A stretch of DNA of 64,000 bases from a virus (IMGVR_UViG_3300030102_006960:64001-128000), one strand, 5' to 3'. Counted from the stretch's first letter, positions 29,730 through 39,084 are shown. Program-made: numbers and translations. Notes: a model not told the origin generated them from the letters alone.

Positions 29730-30360
29730 AGATTTTGAAGATTATATTTGTAGGGTACATGGGTTAAGTAGACATATGAAAAGACCTAGATTATATTGGT
29801 CTGGTGAAGGAAAAAGTAATATTGATAAATTATGTAGTTTAGATAAATGTCCTAAAAAATTTAAACCTATACTTAGTGAATCTAAATTTGTTAAATGTGA
29901 TGCAATAGATGAAGATGGTAATCTATATGAAATAAAAAAGTATAATTTAAATCAACTAAAAAAATATAGATTATATTCCGAACCAATAATAAAAGTATCA
30001 CCTAGTAGAAGTAACTGGGGAGAAGGACACCCTTACTATGATAATTTCACCAATGCAGATGAGTATAATAAATTTATTGATAATTTAATGAAAACGGATT
30101 GGTGGAAAAGATATAGTAATATTATTATGGATAGTATAACCCATTCGAATAGAGGAATTTATTGTAAAGATGGTTTTATACCACATAATCAATTAAAATT
30201 TAAATGGGTAGTAAATAAAGGAGACTATGCACCTATATTTGATGGATATCATAGGTTATGTATTGTATTCAAAACAAAAGAAAAGTGTAACGAAGATATT
30301 GAATTTATCAAACCTAAAAGATCAATATTAGAGTATGTTAAAGAATTTTTTAAAGTATAA
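29716..30360 (+). CDS. Hypothetical protein, possible PD-(D/E)xK nuclease
   Basis: CDAIDEDGNLYEIKK pattern. Confidence 0.45.
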   Translation: MKTNKDFEDYICRVHGLSRHMKRPRLYWSGEGKSNIDKLCSLDKCPKKFKPILSESKFVKCDAIDEDGNLYEIKKYNLNQLKKYRLYSEPIIKVSPSRSNWGEGHPYYDNFTNADEYNKFIDNLMKTDWWKRYSNIIMDSITHSNRGIYCKDGFIPHNQLKFKWVVNKGDYAPIFDGYHRLCIVFKTKEKCNEDIEFIKPKRSILEYVKEFFKV

Positions 30361-30371
30361 AAAAATAAGAA

Positions 30372-31082
30372 ATGATGAATTTAGATTTTTACAGTGAATT
30401 TAAGAATTATGCTATGAAGCATTTAGGTATTAGTGGGATACAGTTTCACTATTGGGAAAAACTACAAGATAGTGTCTACAATAATAGTATGGTAACTTCT
30501 AGTCTCACACCTTATATATTAGAGGAAAGAGAAATGAGAGTAACTCAGATGGACATTTTTTCACGATTAATGATGGATAGGATATTATGGGTTGCGGGTC
30601 CGGTGAATGATCAAATGAGTACTGTTGTACAAGCACAATTAATGTTTTTAGATAACGTTGAATGTCGAGATATAATTGTACACGTAGATTCGCCAGGTGG
30701 GTCAGTTAAGTCAGGATTAAGTATGGTAGATGTTATGAATTATGTTAAATCCGATATTGTGACTATTAATACTGGTATGGCAGCTTCTATGGGATCTATT
30801 CTATTAGGTAATGGTACAAAAGGGAAAAGATTTGCACTACCTAATTCTAAAGTAATGTTACATCAAGTATCTGCAGGTGCACAAGGACACGTAGAAGATA
30901 TGAAAATTAGTCTAGCAGAGGCAGAAAAGTATAATGACAAATTATTTCAGATGTTAGCAGATTTTTGTGGTAAAACTAAAAAAAGAGTCTTAGCAGATTG
31001 TAATAGAGATAATTGGTTAGACTCCGAAGAAGCTTTGGAATATGGAATTATTGATGAAATAATTGAAAAACTCGAAAAATAA
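30372..31082 (+). CDS. clpP: ATP-dependent Clp protease proteolytic subunit
   Basis: DIFSRLMMDRI, DSPGGS, AASMG (Ser), MLHQ (His), RDNW (Asp). Confidence 0.95.
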   Translation: MMNLDFYSEFKNYAMKHLGISGIQFHYWEKLQDSVYNNSMVTSSLTPYILEEREMRVTQMDIFSRLMMDRILWVAGPVNDQMSTVVQAQLMFLDNVECRDIIVHVDSPGGSVKSGLSMVDVMNYVKSDIVTINTGMAASMGSILLGNGTKGKRFALPNSKVMLHQVSAGAQGHVEDMKISLAEAEKYNDKLFQMLADFCGKTKKRVLADCNRDNWLDSEEALEYGIIDEIIEKLEK

Positions 31083-31150
31083 TCGTATATTTAAAAAAAA
31101 TGTACGGTTTATACTTGACATTTACACAAATTAAAGTAATTTTATAATAG

Positions 31151-32059
31151 ATGATAAGTTATATTGGCGGTAAAGCACGAATAGGTAAATGGATTGTACC
31201 ATACATACCTAGAGATATAGAAACATATGTAGAAACATTTGGTGGAATGTTTTGGGTATTTTTTAATATGGATTTAAAACAATTTCCTAACCTTAAGACA
31301 GTTGTTTATAATGACTTTAATGGGTTAAATACAAACTTATTTAAATGTACTTTAGAATATGACAGACTTTGGGATGAATTGAACAAATATCCATGTCAGC
31401 AATTAGGTGTAGAAGATACACCACAAGAATACGTTGATATGTTTAACGAATACCAACAAGAAATATTTCACACTGATTTTGAAATAACTGATGATAATAA
31501 ATTTGAGATTGCAGCAAAATACGTCTATGTCCTCACTCAAATATTTTCGGGTTCTAAACCAGAAACATCTAGTTATACAGATTATAAAGGTAAATATAGA
31601 TGTAAGGTTCTAATATTTATGGATAAACTAAAGAATCCTAAATATAGAGAACATTTTGATAAAATTACTTTTGTAGAAAATATGGATTTTCAAGAAGTCA
31701 TAGAAAAATATGATTCTGAAAAAACTTACTTTTATATCGATCCACCATATTGGAAAACAGAAAACTATTATTCTAATCACGATTTTGATAGAAACGATCA
31801 TGAAAGACTGGCAGACTGTATAAAAGAAATGAAAGGGATGTTTTCGTTAAGTTATTACGATTTCGAACTCTTAAGAAAATGGTTTCCAAAGCATGAGTAT
31901 GTTTGGGAGAAAAAAGAATTTGCAAAAGCAGCTGCAGCAAAAAGTGGGGTTAAACAAAATATGGGGGAAGAGTTGTTGATTATGAATTATGGGGATAACG
32001 TATTAGATGCCCCTTGTTATGGGATGCAGTTGGATTTATTTAAACACGATTATCTATGA
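31151..32059 (+). CDS. Dam-like (D12 class) N6-adenine DNA methyltransferase
   Basis: YIGGK, YVETFGG, VYND, YIDPPY, ELLIMNY. Confidence 0.9.
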   Translation: MISYIGGKARIGKWIVPYIPRDIETYVETFGGMFWVFFNMDLKQFPNLKTVVYNDFNGLNTNLFKCTLEYDRLWDELNKYPCQQLGVEDTPQEYVDMFNEYQQEIFHTDFEITDDNKFEIAAKYVYVLTQIFSGSKPETSSYTDYKGKYRCKVLIFMDKLKNPKYREHFDKITFVENMDFQEVIEKYDSEKTYFYIDPPYWKTENYYSNHDFDRNDHERLADCIKEMKGMFSLSYYDFELLRKWFPKHEYVWEKKEFAKAAAAKSGVKQNMGEELLIMNYGDNVLDAPCYGMQLDLFKHDYL

Positions 32060-32598
32060 AAAAATTTTTTATTTGTATGTTTTCTTTTCTATCTTGTAGT
32101 AAGATAGACGAAAATGGATTTAAAACATTCACTATTAAAGAGGGTAAACATCGATCAGGTTATAGATATAAAACTTCTAGAGAAAATAAATTTAAAGTGG
32201 AATGCATTTTCGATAATAGTGCAATATACACTACTGAAGACCCTGTTAATCAGTGGGACGTAAATAAATTGTGGGGAGTATCGGACTGTGGTAATAACCA
32301 TATGGATAACTCAATTAGATTTGGTTGGAGATGGTTAAACGATAGTTTAGAAATATTATGGTTCAGACATTTAAATGGTAACTTTGATTTTGATAAAATA
32401 ACATCTGTGGAGATTAACGAAGTAATATATTTAGATTTAGAATTAAAGGATGATAAGTACATTTTAGGGGTTAATGGTGTGGTAGTAGAAGTAGAAAGAC
32501 CTTGTACACAAGACTTCAAAAGGTATTATCTATACCCTTATTTCGGTGGTGATGAAAGAGCACCACACAATATTAAAATTAAACTTAAGGGTGTATGA
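32056..32598 (+). CDS. Putative lipoprotein
   Basis: MKKFFICMFSFLSC lipobox-like signal; beta-rich body. Confidence 0.65.
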   Translation: MKKFFICMFSFLSCSKIDENGFKTFTIKEGKHRSGYRYKTSRENKFKVECIFDNSAIYTTEDPVNQWDVNKLWGVSDCGNNHMDNSIRFGWRWLNDSLEILWFRHLNGNFDFDKITSVEINEVIYLDLELKDDKYILGVNGVVVEVERPCTQDFKRYYLYPYFGGDERAPHNIKIKLKGV

Positions 32599-32602
32599 TA
32601 AA

Positions 32603-32663
32603 TGTCACACTTTTGTCACAATTTGTCTAAGTTTGACATATAGGGTTAATTTAATTATATTTA
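32603..32663 (+). promoter_or_regulatory. Direct-repeat operator (TGTCACA x2 plus degenerate copies) upstream of a TTTG-N20-TATATTTA promoter
   Basis: TGTCACA 32603, TGTCACA 32614, TGTCTAA 32624, TGACATA 32634 (10-11 nt period). Confidence 0.5.
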
Positions 32664-32680
32664 TAAATGAATGAGTAATT

Positions 32681-33040
32681 ATGAAAATAGGTATACAAAA
32701 AATAGAAACTTTTAGTGTAACACAAACCACTAAAGAATTTGTTTTCGAAATGGATGAATTTAGAAAATGTACACCTGCATTTATTGGTAAAAAACATAAA
32801 GAATTTATGGACTATATCACTAATGATATTGAAGATATGAAATCTTTTTTAAATGACAATATGGATATTTTATCTAAAGAGACATATAGAAAATTATACC
32901 TTTTAGAAATAGATCCTGTTTATGATGTATTAGAAGACAGTAGAAACCAATATGAAGATAGTTGGTTTACTATGAATAAAAATGTAGATGTAAAAGAAAA
33001 AGTATTAACTAACGCTAAATCTAAAGTAATTAATGACTAA
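32681..33040 (+). CDS. Hypothetical protein
   Basis: Clean ORF after promoter. Confidence 0.65.
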   Translation: MKIGIQKIETFSVTQTTKEFVFEMDEFRKCTPAFIGKKHKEFMDYITNDIEDMKSFLNDNMDILSKETYRKLYLLEIDPVYDVLEDSRNQYEDSWFTMNKNVDVKEKVLTNAKSKVIND

Positions 33041-33061
33041 GTGTTATTAAATTAAAGTTTT

Positions 33062-33985
33062 ATGAAAAGACCCAAAAGAAAACAATCTTCGAATGTTCAG
33101 TACCTACTATTTGAAGATATGATAGTAGATGTTGAGAAAACAGACGAAAGTGTAATAGATGTGCAAAATTCTCTCCTTACTAAATATTCAACCAAATTAA
33201 TTGATAGTAGTGATGTAGGTTTAGAAACCAATAAAATATATTGTGGAGATACAGTAGAAACTATGGGTAAAATTAATGAGGGCACTGTTGACTTAATTTT
33301 AACTTCACCACCTTACTTAGCATCTATAAGACAAGATAATCACAAATATCCCGGCGCTAAAGATCAGATTAAAGATAATCAATCTGTAGACGATTACTTA
33401 GAATGGATTGTAGAAAATTTTAAACAATATGAAAGAATATTAAAAAAAGATGGTGTTGTTGTATTTAATTTTAGTTATACTACTTTTAACCCATCACTAC
33501 CTTATTTCCTCATTAACGAGGTATTTAAACATACTGATTTTAGAATATATGATACATTTGCTTGGAAAAAGAAATCTGCAATGCCTGTATCTGGGCACCC
33601 AAATAGGGTAACCAGAATTGTAGAAATGGTTTATATATTCGCAAAGACTCCTTATTTTAAGGCGAACAAAACAGTGTCTTCAGTGTCAAGAACAGGTCAA
33701 AAGTACTACAATAATTATTATAATTTTATTGAGGCACGAAATAACGATGGTAAAGTTGAGGGTCATGAAGCTACTTTCTCCACAGACTTTGCGTCCTTCT
33801 TCATAGATTTATATTCTAAAGAAAATGAAATTGTGTTAGATAATTTTTCAGGTACTGGTACAACACCATACGCTTCTTCTAAAATGAATAGACAATATAT
33901 TGGTATTGATTTAGTGGAAAAGTTTTGTGATTATGCAAGAAACAGAATATCTAAACTATACAAAGAAGAGGGGTTAATTTCTTAA
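33062..33985 (+). CDS. Beta-class DNA methyltransferase (N4-cytosine likely)
   Basis: LTSPPY catalytic motif precedes VLDNFSGTGTT SAM motif; H.ATF. Confidence 0.9.
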   Translation: MKRPKRKQSSNVQYLLFEDMIVDVEKTDESVIDVQNSLLTKYSTKLIDSSDVGLETNKIYCGDTVETMGKINEGTVDLILTSPPYLASIRQDNHKYPGAKDQIKDNQSVDDYLEWIVENFKQYERILKKDGVVVFNFSYTTFNPSLPYFLINEVFKHTDFRIYDTFAWKKKSAMPVSGHPNRVTRIVEMVYIFAKTPYFKANKTVSSVSRTGQKYYNNYYNFIEARNNDGKVEGHEATFSTDFASFFIDLYSKENEIVLDNFSGTGTTPYASSKMNRQYIGIDLVEKFCDYARNRISKLYKEEGLIS

Positions 33986-33995
33986 AACCTATCCA

Positions 33996-34208
33996 ATGGA
34001 AAATATTAGAACTAAGGTTAATGATATTAAAAATAATATTAAATTATTAACTGACGAATTAATTGAATTACAAAATAAATGTTTACATGAAGATACTTCA
34101 TTAAAATATTATGAAGATAAAAAACACGTATTAAAAATATGTAATGATTGTGGAAAAATTATAGGTTACCCCACAAACGAAGAATTAAAAGAAAACGATT
34201 ATTTATAA
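33996..34208 (+). CDS. Small zinc-ribbon-like protein
   Basis: C-x-H ... CNDCG. Confidence 0.55.
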   Translation: MENIRTKVNDIKNNIKLLTDELIELQNKCLHEDTSLKYYEDKKHVLKICNDCGKIIGYPTNEELKENDYL

Positions 34209-34250
34209 CATAATTTGTTTTATCCATATATTTTTACTATATTTACAATT

Positions 34251-34631
34251 ATGAAAAACATACCAACAGATATAATAAAATATATTAAAGATAAAGATGC
34301 CTTACAAGCCTACAGTGAGTTGGTAGAGTTAATGGGTTTTACTGAAGACGAAGCCTCAGATATCTTAGGTGTTAAAACATTTAAAGATTTAAAATTTAAA
34401 CCTCATCATGTTGTACCTAAAGGAGTTGCTGCAGTAGAATACTTCCCTTTAAGTGATAAAGGAGAAGGTGGTTGGTTCTCAGTAGTTGGGGGTGGAAGTG
34501 GATTATATGGTGATGGGCTAACCTCGTTTGAACTATACGCAGAAGGTATGGATAACCCATTAACCTATTTAAGTAAAGAACAAGTAACTAAAGAAATGTT
34601 GGAAAGACAAAAAACAAAATATGAACTATAA
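34251..34631 (+). CDS. Hypothetical protein
   Basis: ATG 34251 after TTTG-N20-TATATTTA; SVVGGGSGLYGDG. Confidence 0.65.
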   Translation: MKNIPTDIIKYIKDKDALQAYSELVELMGFTEDEASDILGVKTFKDLKFKPHHVVPKGVAAVEYFPLSDKGEGGWFSVVGGGSGLYGDGLTSFELYAEGMDNPLTYLSKEQVTKEMLERQKTKYEL

Positions 34632-34971
34632 ATTATTAGGTATAGGTGTGTTTATGTTTCTTATCGCACAGATAATAACATGGTTTCAATTAAACTCACA
34701 ATTCATTTGGAAATGGGCTAGAGATAATGAATGGGTAATTGCCTTAATAGGTATACCTTTATCATTTGCATATTTATGGGCAACTAAATATACTGTACAA
34801 GCTTTCGGTGGTTATTTTTGGCCTGTTAGATTTGTAGGTTTTGGGGTTGGTATTATTGTGTACACTATTTGTGTGGGTCATTTTTTCAATGAAAGTATTA
34901 GTAGTAAAACAATAATATCATTAATGTTATGTTTAATATTAATTTGTATACAAGTTTTTTGGAAAAATTAA
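34621..34971 (+). CDS. Four-TM small membrane protein
   Basis: Four hydrophobic helices, SMR/DMT-like size. Confidence 0.65.
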   Translation: MNYKLLGIGVFMFLIAQIITWFQLNSQFIWKWARDNEWVIALIGIPLSFAYLWATKYTVQAFGGYFWPVRFVGFGVGIIVYTICVGHFFNESISSKTIISLMLCLILICIQVFWKN

Positions 34972-34982
34972 AATAAAAAATT

Positions 34983-35309
34983 ATGAGTAAGATAAAATTT
35001 CAAGTACCGACACATGATCCCCATACGGGAGAATTAAATCCTTATTATGAGGAAATTACAGGTAAAAAAAATCCATTAGAGTTAACTGAACAAGATAAAA
35101 TAAAACTTAAAGTGTGGGGTTATATGCCTGATTCAACTGAGAATAAAGATATAGATAAGATGCCCAACCAAAAATGGCATCAGATAGTTTCTTTTATTAA
35201 AAGTGGTATAAGGATAATAGGGTATATATTAATCCCCTTCGATTTAGTAATTGCAGCATCTGTATTAGTTGTAAGTGAAATAATTGGTATAGTAGAAGAA
35301 TTAGTTTAA
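34983..35309 (+). CDS. Hypothetical protein with C-terminal TM segments
   Basis: Clean ORF. Confidence 0.6.
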   Translation: MSKIKFQVPTHDPHTGELNPYYEEITGKKNPLELTEQDKIKLKVWGYMPDSTENKDIDKMPNQKWHQIVSFIKSGIRIIGYILIPFDLVIAASVLVVSEIIGIVEELV

Positions 35310-35334
35310 TAATTTACCTCCATATTTATATTAT

Positions 35335-36021
35335 ATGGAGAAATTAGATAAGGACTGGTTAACTAAAGATAATACTGATTTTGAGTATAAAAAGTATATT
35401 CTTTTAGATTACTTACAAAGAGTAAATAACCAATTTAAAGAAAATAAAATATATCCTTATCTTTCCGATTGTATAGAAGAGTTTAGATCACTAAAAGATT
35501 TATTAGAACAAAAGGACAAACTCACCCCCAAAGAACTAACATCTATAGACTTTAAAAATATGGAGTTAATTTATACAACAATAGAAGACGATATCTTTTT
35601 TGAAATTCAAAAACTAATTAATTACGCCCTTCGTAGAATAAAAGGTACAATAGAAGAGGGTAGAAAGATATGTGATAACATAGAAAAAGATATTACATTT
35701 AATAGTGTAGGTGTAATTACAGAAAAAAAAGATGAAGGGTACTTAATACTTACCACCAAAAGTAGTATCATCTATAAATACAAAATGGACAGTTTAATAT
35801 TAGAAGGTAATAAATATAAAATGTTAAAAACTGAACCTATTACTACACAAAATATATCTGAGTTTAGTAGTCACGAAGACATTAAACAAGAATATCTTAA
35901 CCATAGAGACGATATCCCTATGATGACATATGGTGCACACAGTAAAAAAGAAATACCTTTTGAAAATACTTTCCTACCTATTGTAAAAAGAATTTTAATT
36001 AGAGAAATAAATAAAGATTGA
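35335..36021 (+). CDS. Conserved hypothetical protein (Bacteroidota-like)
   Basis: WLT...DFEYKKYILLDYLQ...YPYLSD...TFLPIVKR pattern. Confidence 0.6.
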   Translation: MEKLDKDWLTKDNTDFEYKKYILLDYLQRVNNQFKENKIYPYLSDCIEEFRSLKDLLEQKDKLTPKELTSIDFKNMELIYTTIEDDIFFEIQKLINYALRRIKGTIEEGRKICDNIEKDITFNSVGVITEKKDEGYLILTTKSSIIYKYKMDSLILEGNKYKMLKTEPITTQNISEFSSHEDIKQEYLNHRDDIPMMTYGAHSKKEIPFENTFLPIVKRILIREINKD

Positions 36022-36051
36022 CTTTTTTATATTCTTTATTTATATTTAAAG

Positions 36052-36514
36052 TTGTTATAATCTATAATGACAAAATAAAATAAAAAATAGAAATTATGGA
36101 AACAATTTTAGTAACAGTATCAGTTTTATCTACGTTATTGGTGGTTGGGATCGTATTAGCGGTTGTGATCGTTTTTAACAAATTTAAAGGTAAGGTTGAT
36201 GTAGAAAAATATAAAATGTATAAATATGATAACGAAAGACAAATAGAGAGAATCTATAATGAAATATCTTCGATGGAGAATGATATTAATAAAAAATCAC
36301 ATGAGGTGGAGAGAGCTTTGTGGGGTGAATATGAAACGAACTCTGAAAAAACAGAAAGAGAGTTTGATGAGATGAGACGTATGATTGATAGTAGAACAGA
36401 TAAATTATACGATAAAATACATAGTTTGGAAGGTACTATTGCCGGACTAATAGACAAAAAAGATAATAAACAGTTATTAACTGATTAAAATAACAATAAA
36501 ATAGATTATAACAA
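36052..36514. repeat. 14-bp perfect inverted repeat flanking one gene
   Basis: TTGTTATAATCTAT (36052-36065) and ATAGATTATAACAA (36501-36514). Confidence 0.85.
36096..36488 (+). CDS. N-terminal TM + coiled-coil protein
   Basis: Long hydrophobic N-terminus then charged heptads; own promoter (TTG-N20-TATATTTA, 36018-36048) and terminator. Confidence 0.75.
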   Translation: METILVTVSVLSTLLVVGIVLAVVIVFNKFKGKVDVEKYKMYKYDNERQIERIYNEISSMENDINKKSHEVERALWGEYETNSEKTEREFDEMRRMIDSRTDKLYDKIHSLEGTIAGLIDKKDNKQLLTD

Positions 36515-36538
36515 AAAACCCTCATTGAGGGTTTTTTT
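36513..36538. terminator. Bidirectional terminator
   Basis: AAAAAACCCTC-ATT-GAGGGTTTTTT between convergent genes. Confidence 0.85.
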
Positions 36539-36962
36539 ATTTTACACTAATAATTTCTAGTTCTAAATCTAAAGTTTTATCTACTAAAGGGTGATTACAA
36601 TCTACTATAACACTTTCTTTATCTACTTTTTTAATTTCTCCTCTTCGTGTAGTGTCATCTTTTAATTTTATTAATACATAATCTCCTACTTTACAATCTT
36701 CATATAATAATGTTTTAGGGACAGTACCCATTAATTTTTTATTATGTTTACCATATGCTAATGATGGAGGAATTGATGTTTTCTTCACAACAATTTCTTT
36801 GGGGTCTATTTTTAAGTTGATATCATCTAAGTCTGACAATAATACATTAATACCGTCAATATTATCTGGATGATCTGAAACTAAAGTAAAATCTTTTTTT
36901 TCTTCTACTAATTCTTCGTTAATATTTATTTTATAATTAACTGTATATTTTTTCTTTTCCAT
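36537..36962 (-). CDS. Divergent FKBP-type PPIase (SlyD/FkpB-like)
   Basis: TVNY, IPPSLAYG, VDCNHPLVDKTL; lacks the G..FDTS and LIPGFE segments. Confidence 0.7.
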   Translation of the reverse strand: MEKKKYTVNYKININEELVEEKKDFTLVSDHPDNIDGINVLLSDLDDINLKIDPKEIVVKKTSIPPSLAYGKHNKKLMGTVPKTLLYEDCKVGDYVLIKLKDDTTRRGEIKKVDKESVIVDCNHPLVDKTLDLELEIISVK

Positions 36963-37010
36963 ACTAATAAATATTTGTTTTTATGAATTTTATTTATTAT
37001 ATTTACCATT

Positions 37011-37202
37011 ATGGGAAGAGTTAAACAACTTTACGAAGAAGTGTACGTTGAAGAAATGGAAAAACATTATCAACAATTATATATGGAAGAAAAACTATAT
37101 AGTCAACGATATGGGGATGACACGGAATTGATTGACGTAGAGAAGTGTGAAGATTCAGGTATGGGTGATGACCTTCATCAAAACCTTAGCCGGAAACGCT
37201 GA
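37011..37202 (+). CDS. Small ORF overlapping the tmRNA 5' end
   Basis: ATG just after TTTG-N20-TATATTTA (36974-37005); stop codon lies 90 nt inside the tmRNA. Confidence 0.5.
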   Translation: MGRVKQLYEEVYVEEMEKHYQQLYMEEKLYSQRYGDDTELIDVEKCEDSGMGDDLHQNLSRKR

Positions 37203-37452
37203 GTATGCTATGGCAGCCTAATTAGATTAGATGTTAAGCACATCATGTAACTGAGTATACTTGTAGGTTGCTAAGATGTAAAAGGAAGTAGATGGTGATG
37301 TTTGGTAATGATAGTGATTTGCCAGTGACGACCTTACAGTTAACGAAAACCTATCAATTTTCGGAAGTTTAGAAAAACTTGTCCTAAACCTGTAAAAAGA
37401 TCTCATATGGATGACGGGCAAGACGGGGGTTCGAATCCCCCCATCTCCACCA
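37113..37452 (+). ncRNA. ssrA: tmRNA
   Basis: GGGGATG / CATCTCC-ACCA acceptor stem with G3.U70; T arm GGGGGTTCGAATCCCCC; tag frame GGA AAC GCT GAG TAT GCT ATG GCA GCC TAA (37192-37221) = (A)GNAEYAMAA. Confidence 0.95.
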
Positions 37453-37536
37453 AAAATAAATCTTAAATACCTTTACTACTACATAAATAAATGTTATCAT
37501 TGTATGTATTAATAAAAAAAATAAAATTTTAAAAAA

Positions 37537-37962
37537 ATGTCAAAAGTAGAAACAGGGAAAACAATTAAAGTTAACTATACTGGAAAATTTGAGGATGGGA
37601 CAGTATTTGATACTTCTTTAGGTGAAGGTAGAGAACCACTAAAAACAATATTAGGACAAGGAAACTTAATTCCTGGTTTTGAAAAGGGTTTATTAGGTAT
37701 GAATGAGGGTGAAAATAAAACTATTGAGATTGAGCCTACTGAAGCATATGGTGAGTATTTAGATGGTTTGGTGACAGTCGTACCAAAAACACAAATGCCT
37801 GAAGGAGTTAAGGTAGGTGATGTATTACAGTCTTCTGGTGATAGAGGAACTATCAATGTTACTGTTACTGAAATTAATGAAAATGATGTAAAAGTAGACG
37901 CAAATCACCCATTGGCTGGTAAAAAATTAATGTTTGAAGTAGAATTATTAGAGGTAGAGTAA
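37537..37962 (+). CDS. FKBP-type peptidyl-prolyl isomerase (SlyD/FkpB-like)
   Basis: VNYTGKFEDGTVFDTS, LIPGFE, EAYG, VDANHPLAGKKL. Confidence 0.92.
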   Translation: MSKVETGKTIKVNYTGKFEDGTVFDTSLGEGREPLKTILGQGNLIPGFEKGLLGMNEGENKTIEIEPTEAYGEYLDGLVTVVPKTQMPEGVKVGDVLQSSGDRGTINVTVTEINENDVKVDANHPLAGKKLMFEVELLEVE

Positions 37963-38049
37963 TTTTTTTTAATTTAGGGGTTGATTATTAAAAATAAAAT
38001 CACTAACATTGTGTAATAATAATAACAAAAATAAAAAATCAATTTCAAA

Positions 38050-38232
38050 ATGAGTAAAACATTGAAAAAAACAAGAGAAGAGTCTTTAGTAACTCTTTTT
38101 GGACCTTCAGGAAATGAAGTACCAACTGAATCATTAACTTATATCAGAAAAAACCCTAAAAGGTTTATCAATAAGATTACTGAAATCTATGGTTTAGAGT
38201 CAGTAGTTAAATGGGTAGGGGAATCAGTTTAA
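38050..38232 (+). CDS. Small hypothetical protein
   Basis: Own promoter-like element (TTG-N20-TAACATTG) and terminator. Confidence 0.6.
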   Translation: MSKTLKKTREESLVTLFGPSGNEVPTESLTYIRKNPKRFINKITEIYGLESVVKWVGESV

Positions 38233-38248
38233 AGACTAAATAACAATT

Positions 38249-38274
38249 AAAGGGGACTGACAGTCCCCTTTTTT
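38249..38274 (+). terminator. Intrinsic terminator
   Basis: AAAGGGGACT-GAC-AGTCCCCTTT plus T run. Confidence 0.85.
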
Positions 38275-38287
38275 AATTTAAAGAAAT

Positions 38288-38878
38288 ATGGCTAATCACG
38301 TATATACAACAATTAACATCACAGGAAATAAAGAAGTGATGGAAAAATTAGAAGAAATAAAAATTAAAGTAGAAGAAAATAATAATAATAATCATACTGC
38401 ACTAATAAGTGGATTTTATGATAATATGGAAAATACATATGCATGGTATGGTGATAATGTTGGTGCTAAATGGTGTTATCATGATGAATTTTGGGTAGAT
38501 ATTGAAGGTGAGGTTGCAGAAATAATAACAACTTCAGCGTGGTATCCACCATTAGAATTTGTACAACACATATATAATATATGTTCTTCACTCGATCCAG
38601 AATGTGAGATAGACGGTGATTATGAAAATGAGGCGACTACACCTATAGGTGGATTCGTAATCAATAAAAACGGTTTTAATCATGAAGAACATAATGAAGA
38701 AATAGAATATCCTGATGAAGATGATTATGAAATTCCAGAGGGTGAATACCATAGTCAAGAATATGATTATGCAATGGAAGAATTTTATGAGAAGGTAAGT
38801 GAAATCAGAAGTGATATGAAAAGTTTGGCTCATAATAATTTAAGAAATAAATTAGAGTCGGAAACTACCGAAGGGTAG
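38288..38878 (+). CDS. DUF1281/YubB ferredoxin-like family protein
   Basis: M.N......I.G start, W..DN.G.KW, TSAW.PP motifs. Confidence 0.65.
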   Translation: MANHVYTTINITGNKEVMEKLEEIKIKVEENNNNNHTALISGFYDNMENTYAWYGDNVGAKWCYHDEFWVDIEGEVAEIITTSAWYPPLEFVQHIYNICSSLDPECEIDGDYENEATTPIGGFVINKNGFNHEEHNEEIEYPDEDDYEIPEGEYHSQEYDYAMEEFYEKVSEIRSDMKSLAHNNLRNKLESETTEG

Positions 38879-38896
38879 ATAATAACATAAACAAAA

Positions 38897-39061
38897 ATGA
38901 ATATTATGGATAAAGTAATAGAAATAGTAAACAAGTCTTGGTTTAAAGCAGCTTGTTGTGGAGGAATTGCAGTAGCATTATTTATTAATGGAAGTATCAA
39001 TTATGCTTTTTTTGCTGGTGGTTTTGGCGTTAGAGAATTCTTCTTAGCATTTAAGAAGTAA
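38897..39061 (+). CDS. Small membrane protein (54 aa, not in ORF track)
   Basis: MNIMDKVIEIVNKSWFKAACCGGIAVALFINGSINYAFFAGGFGVREFFLAFKK, followed by a terminator. Confidence 0.6.
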   Translation: MNIMDKVIEIVNKSWFKAACCGGIAVALFINGSINYAFFAGGFGVREFFLAFKK

Positions 39062-39084
39062 AATATTCACCAATGCGAACAACT

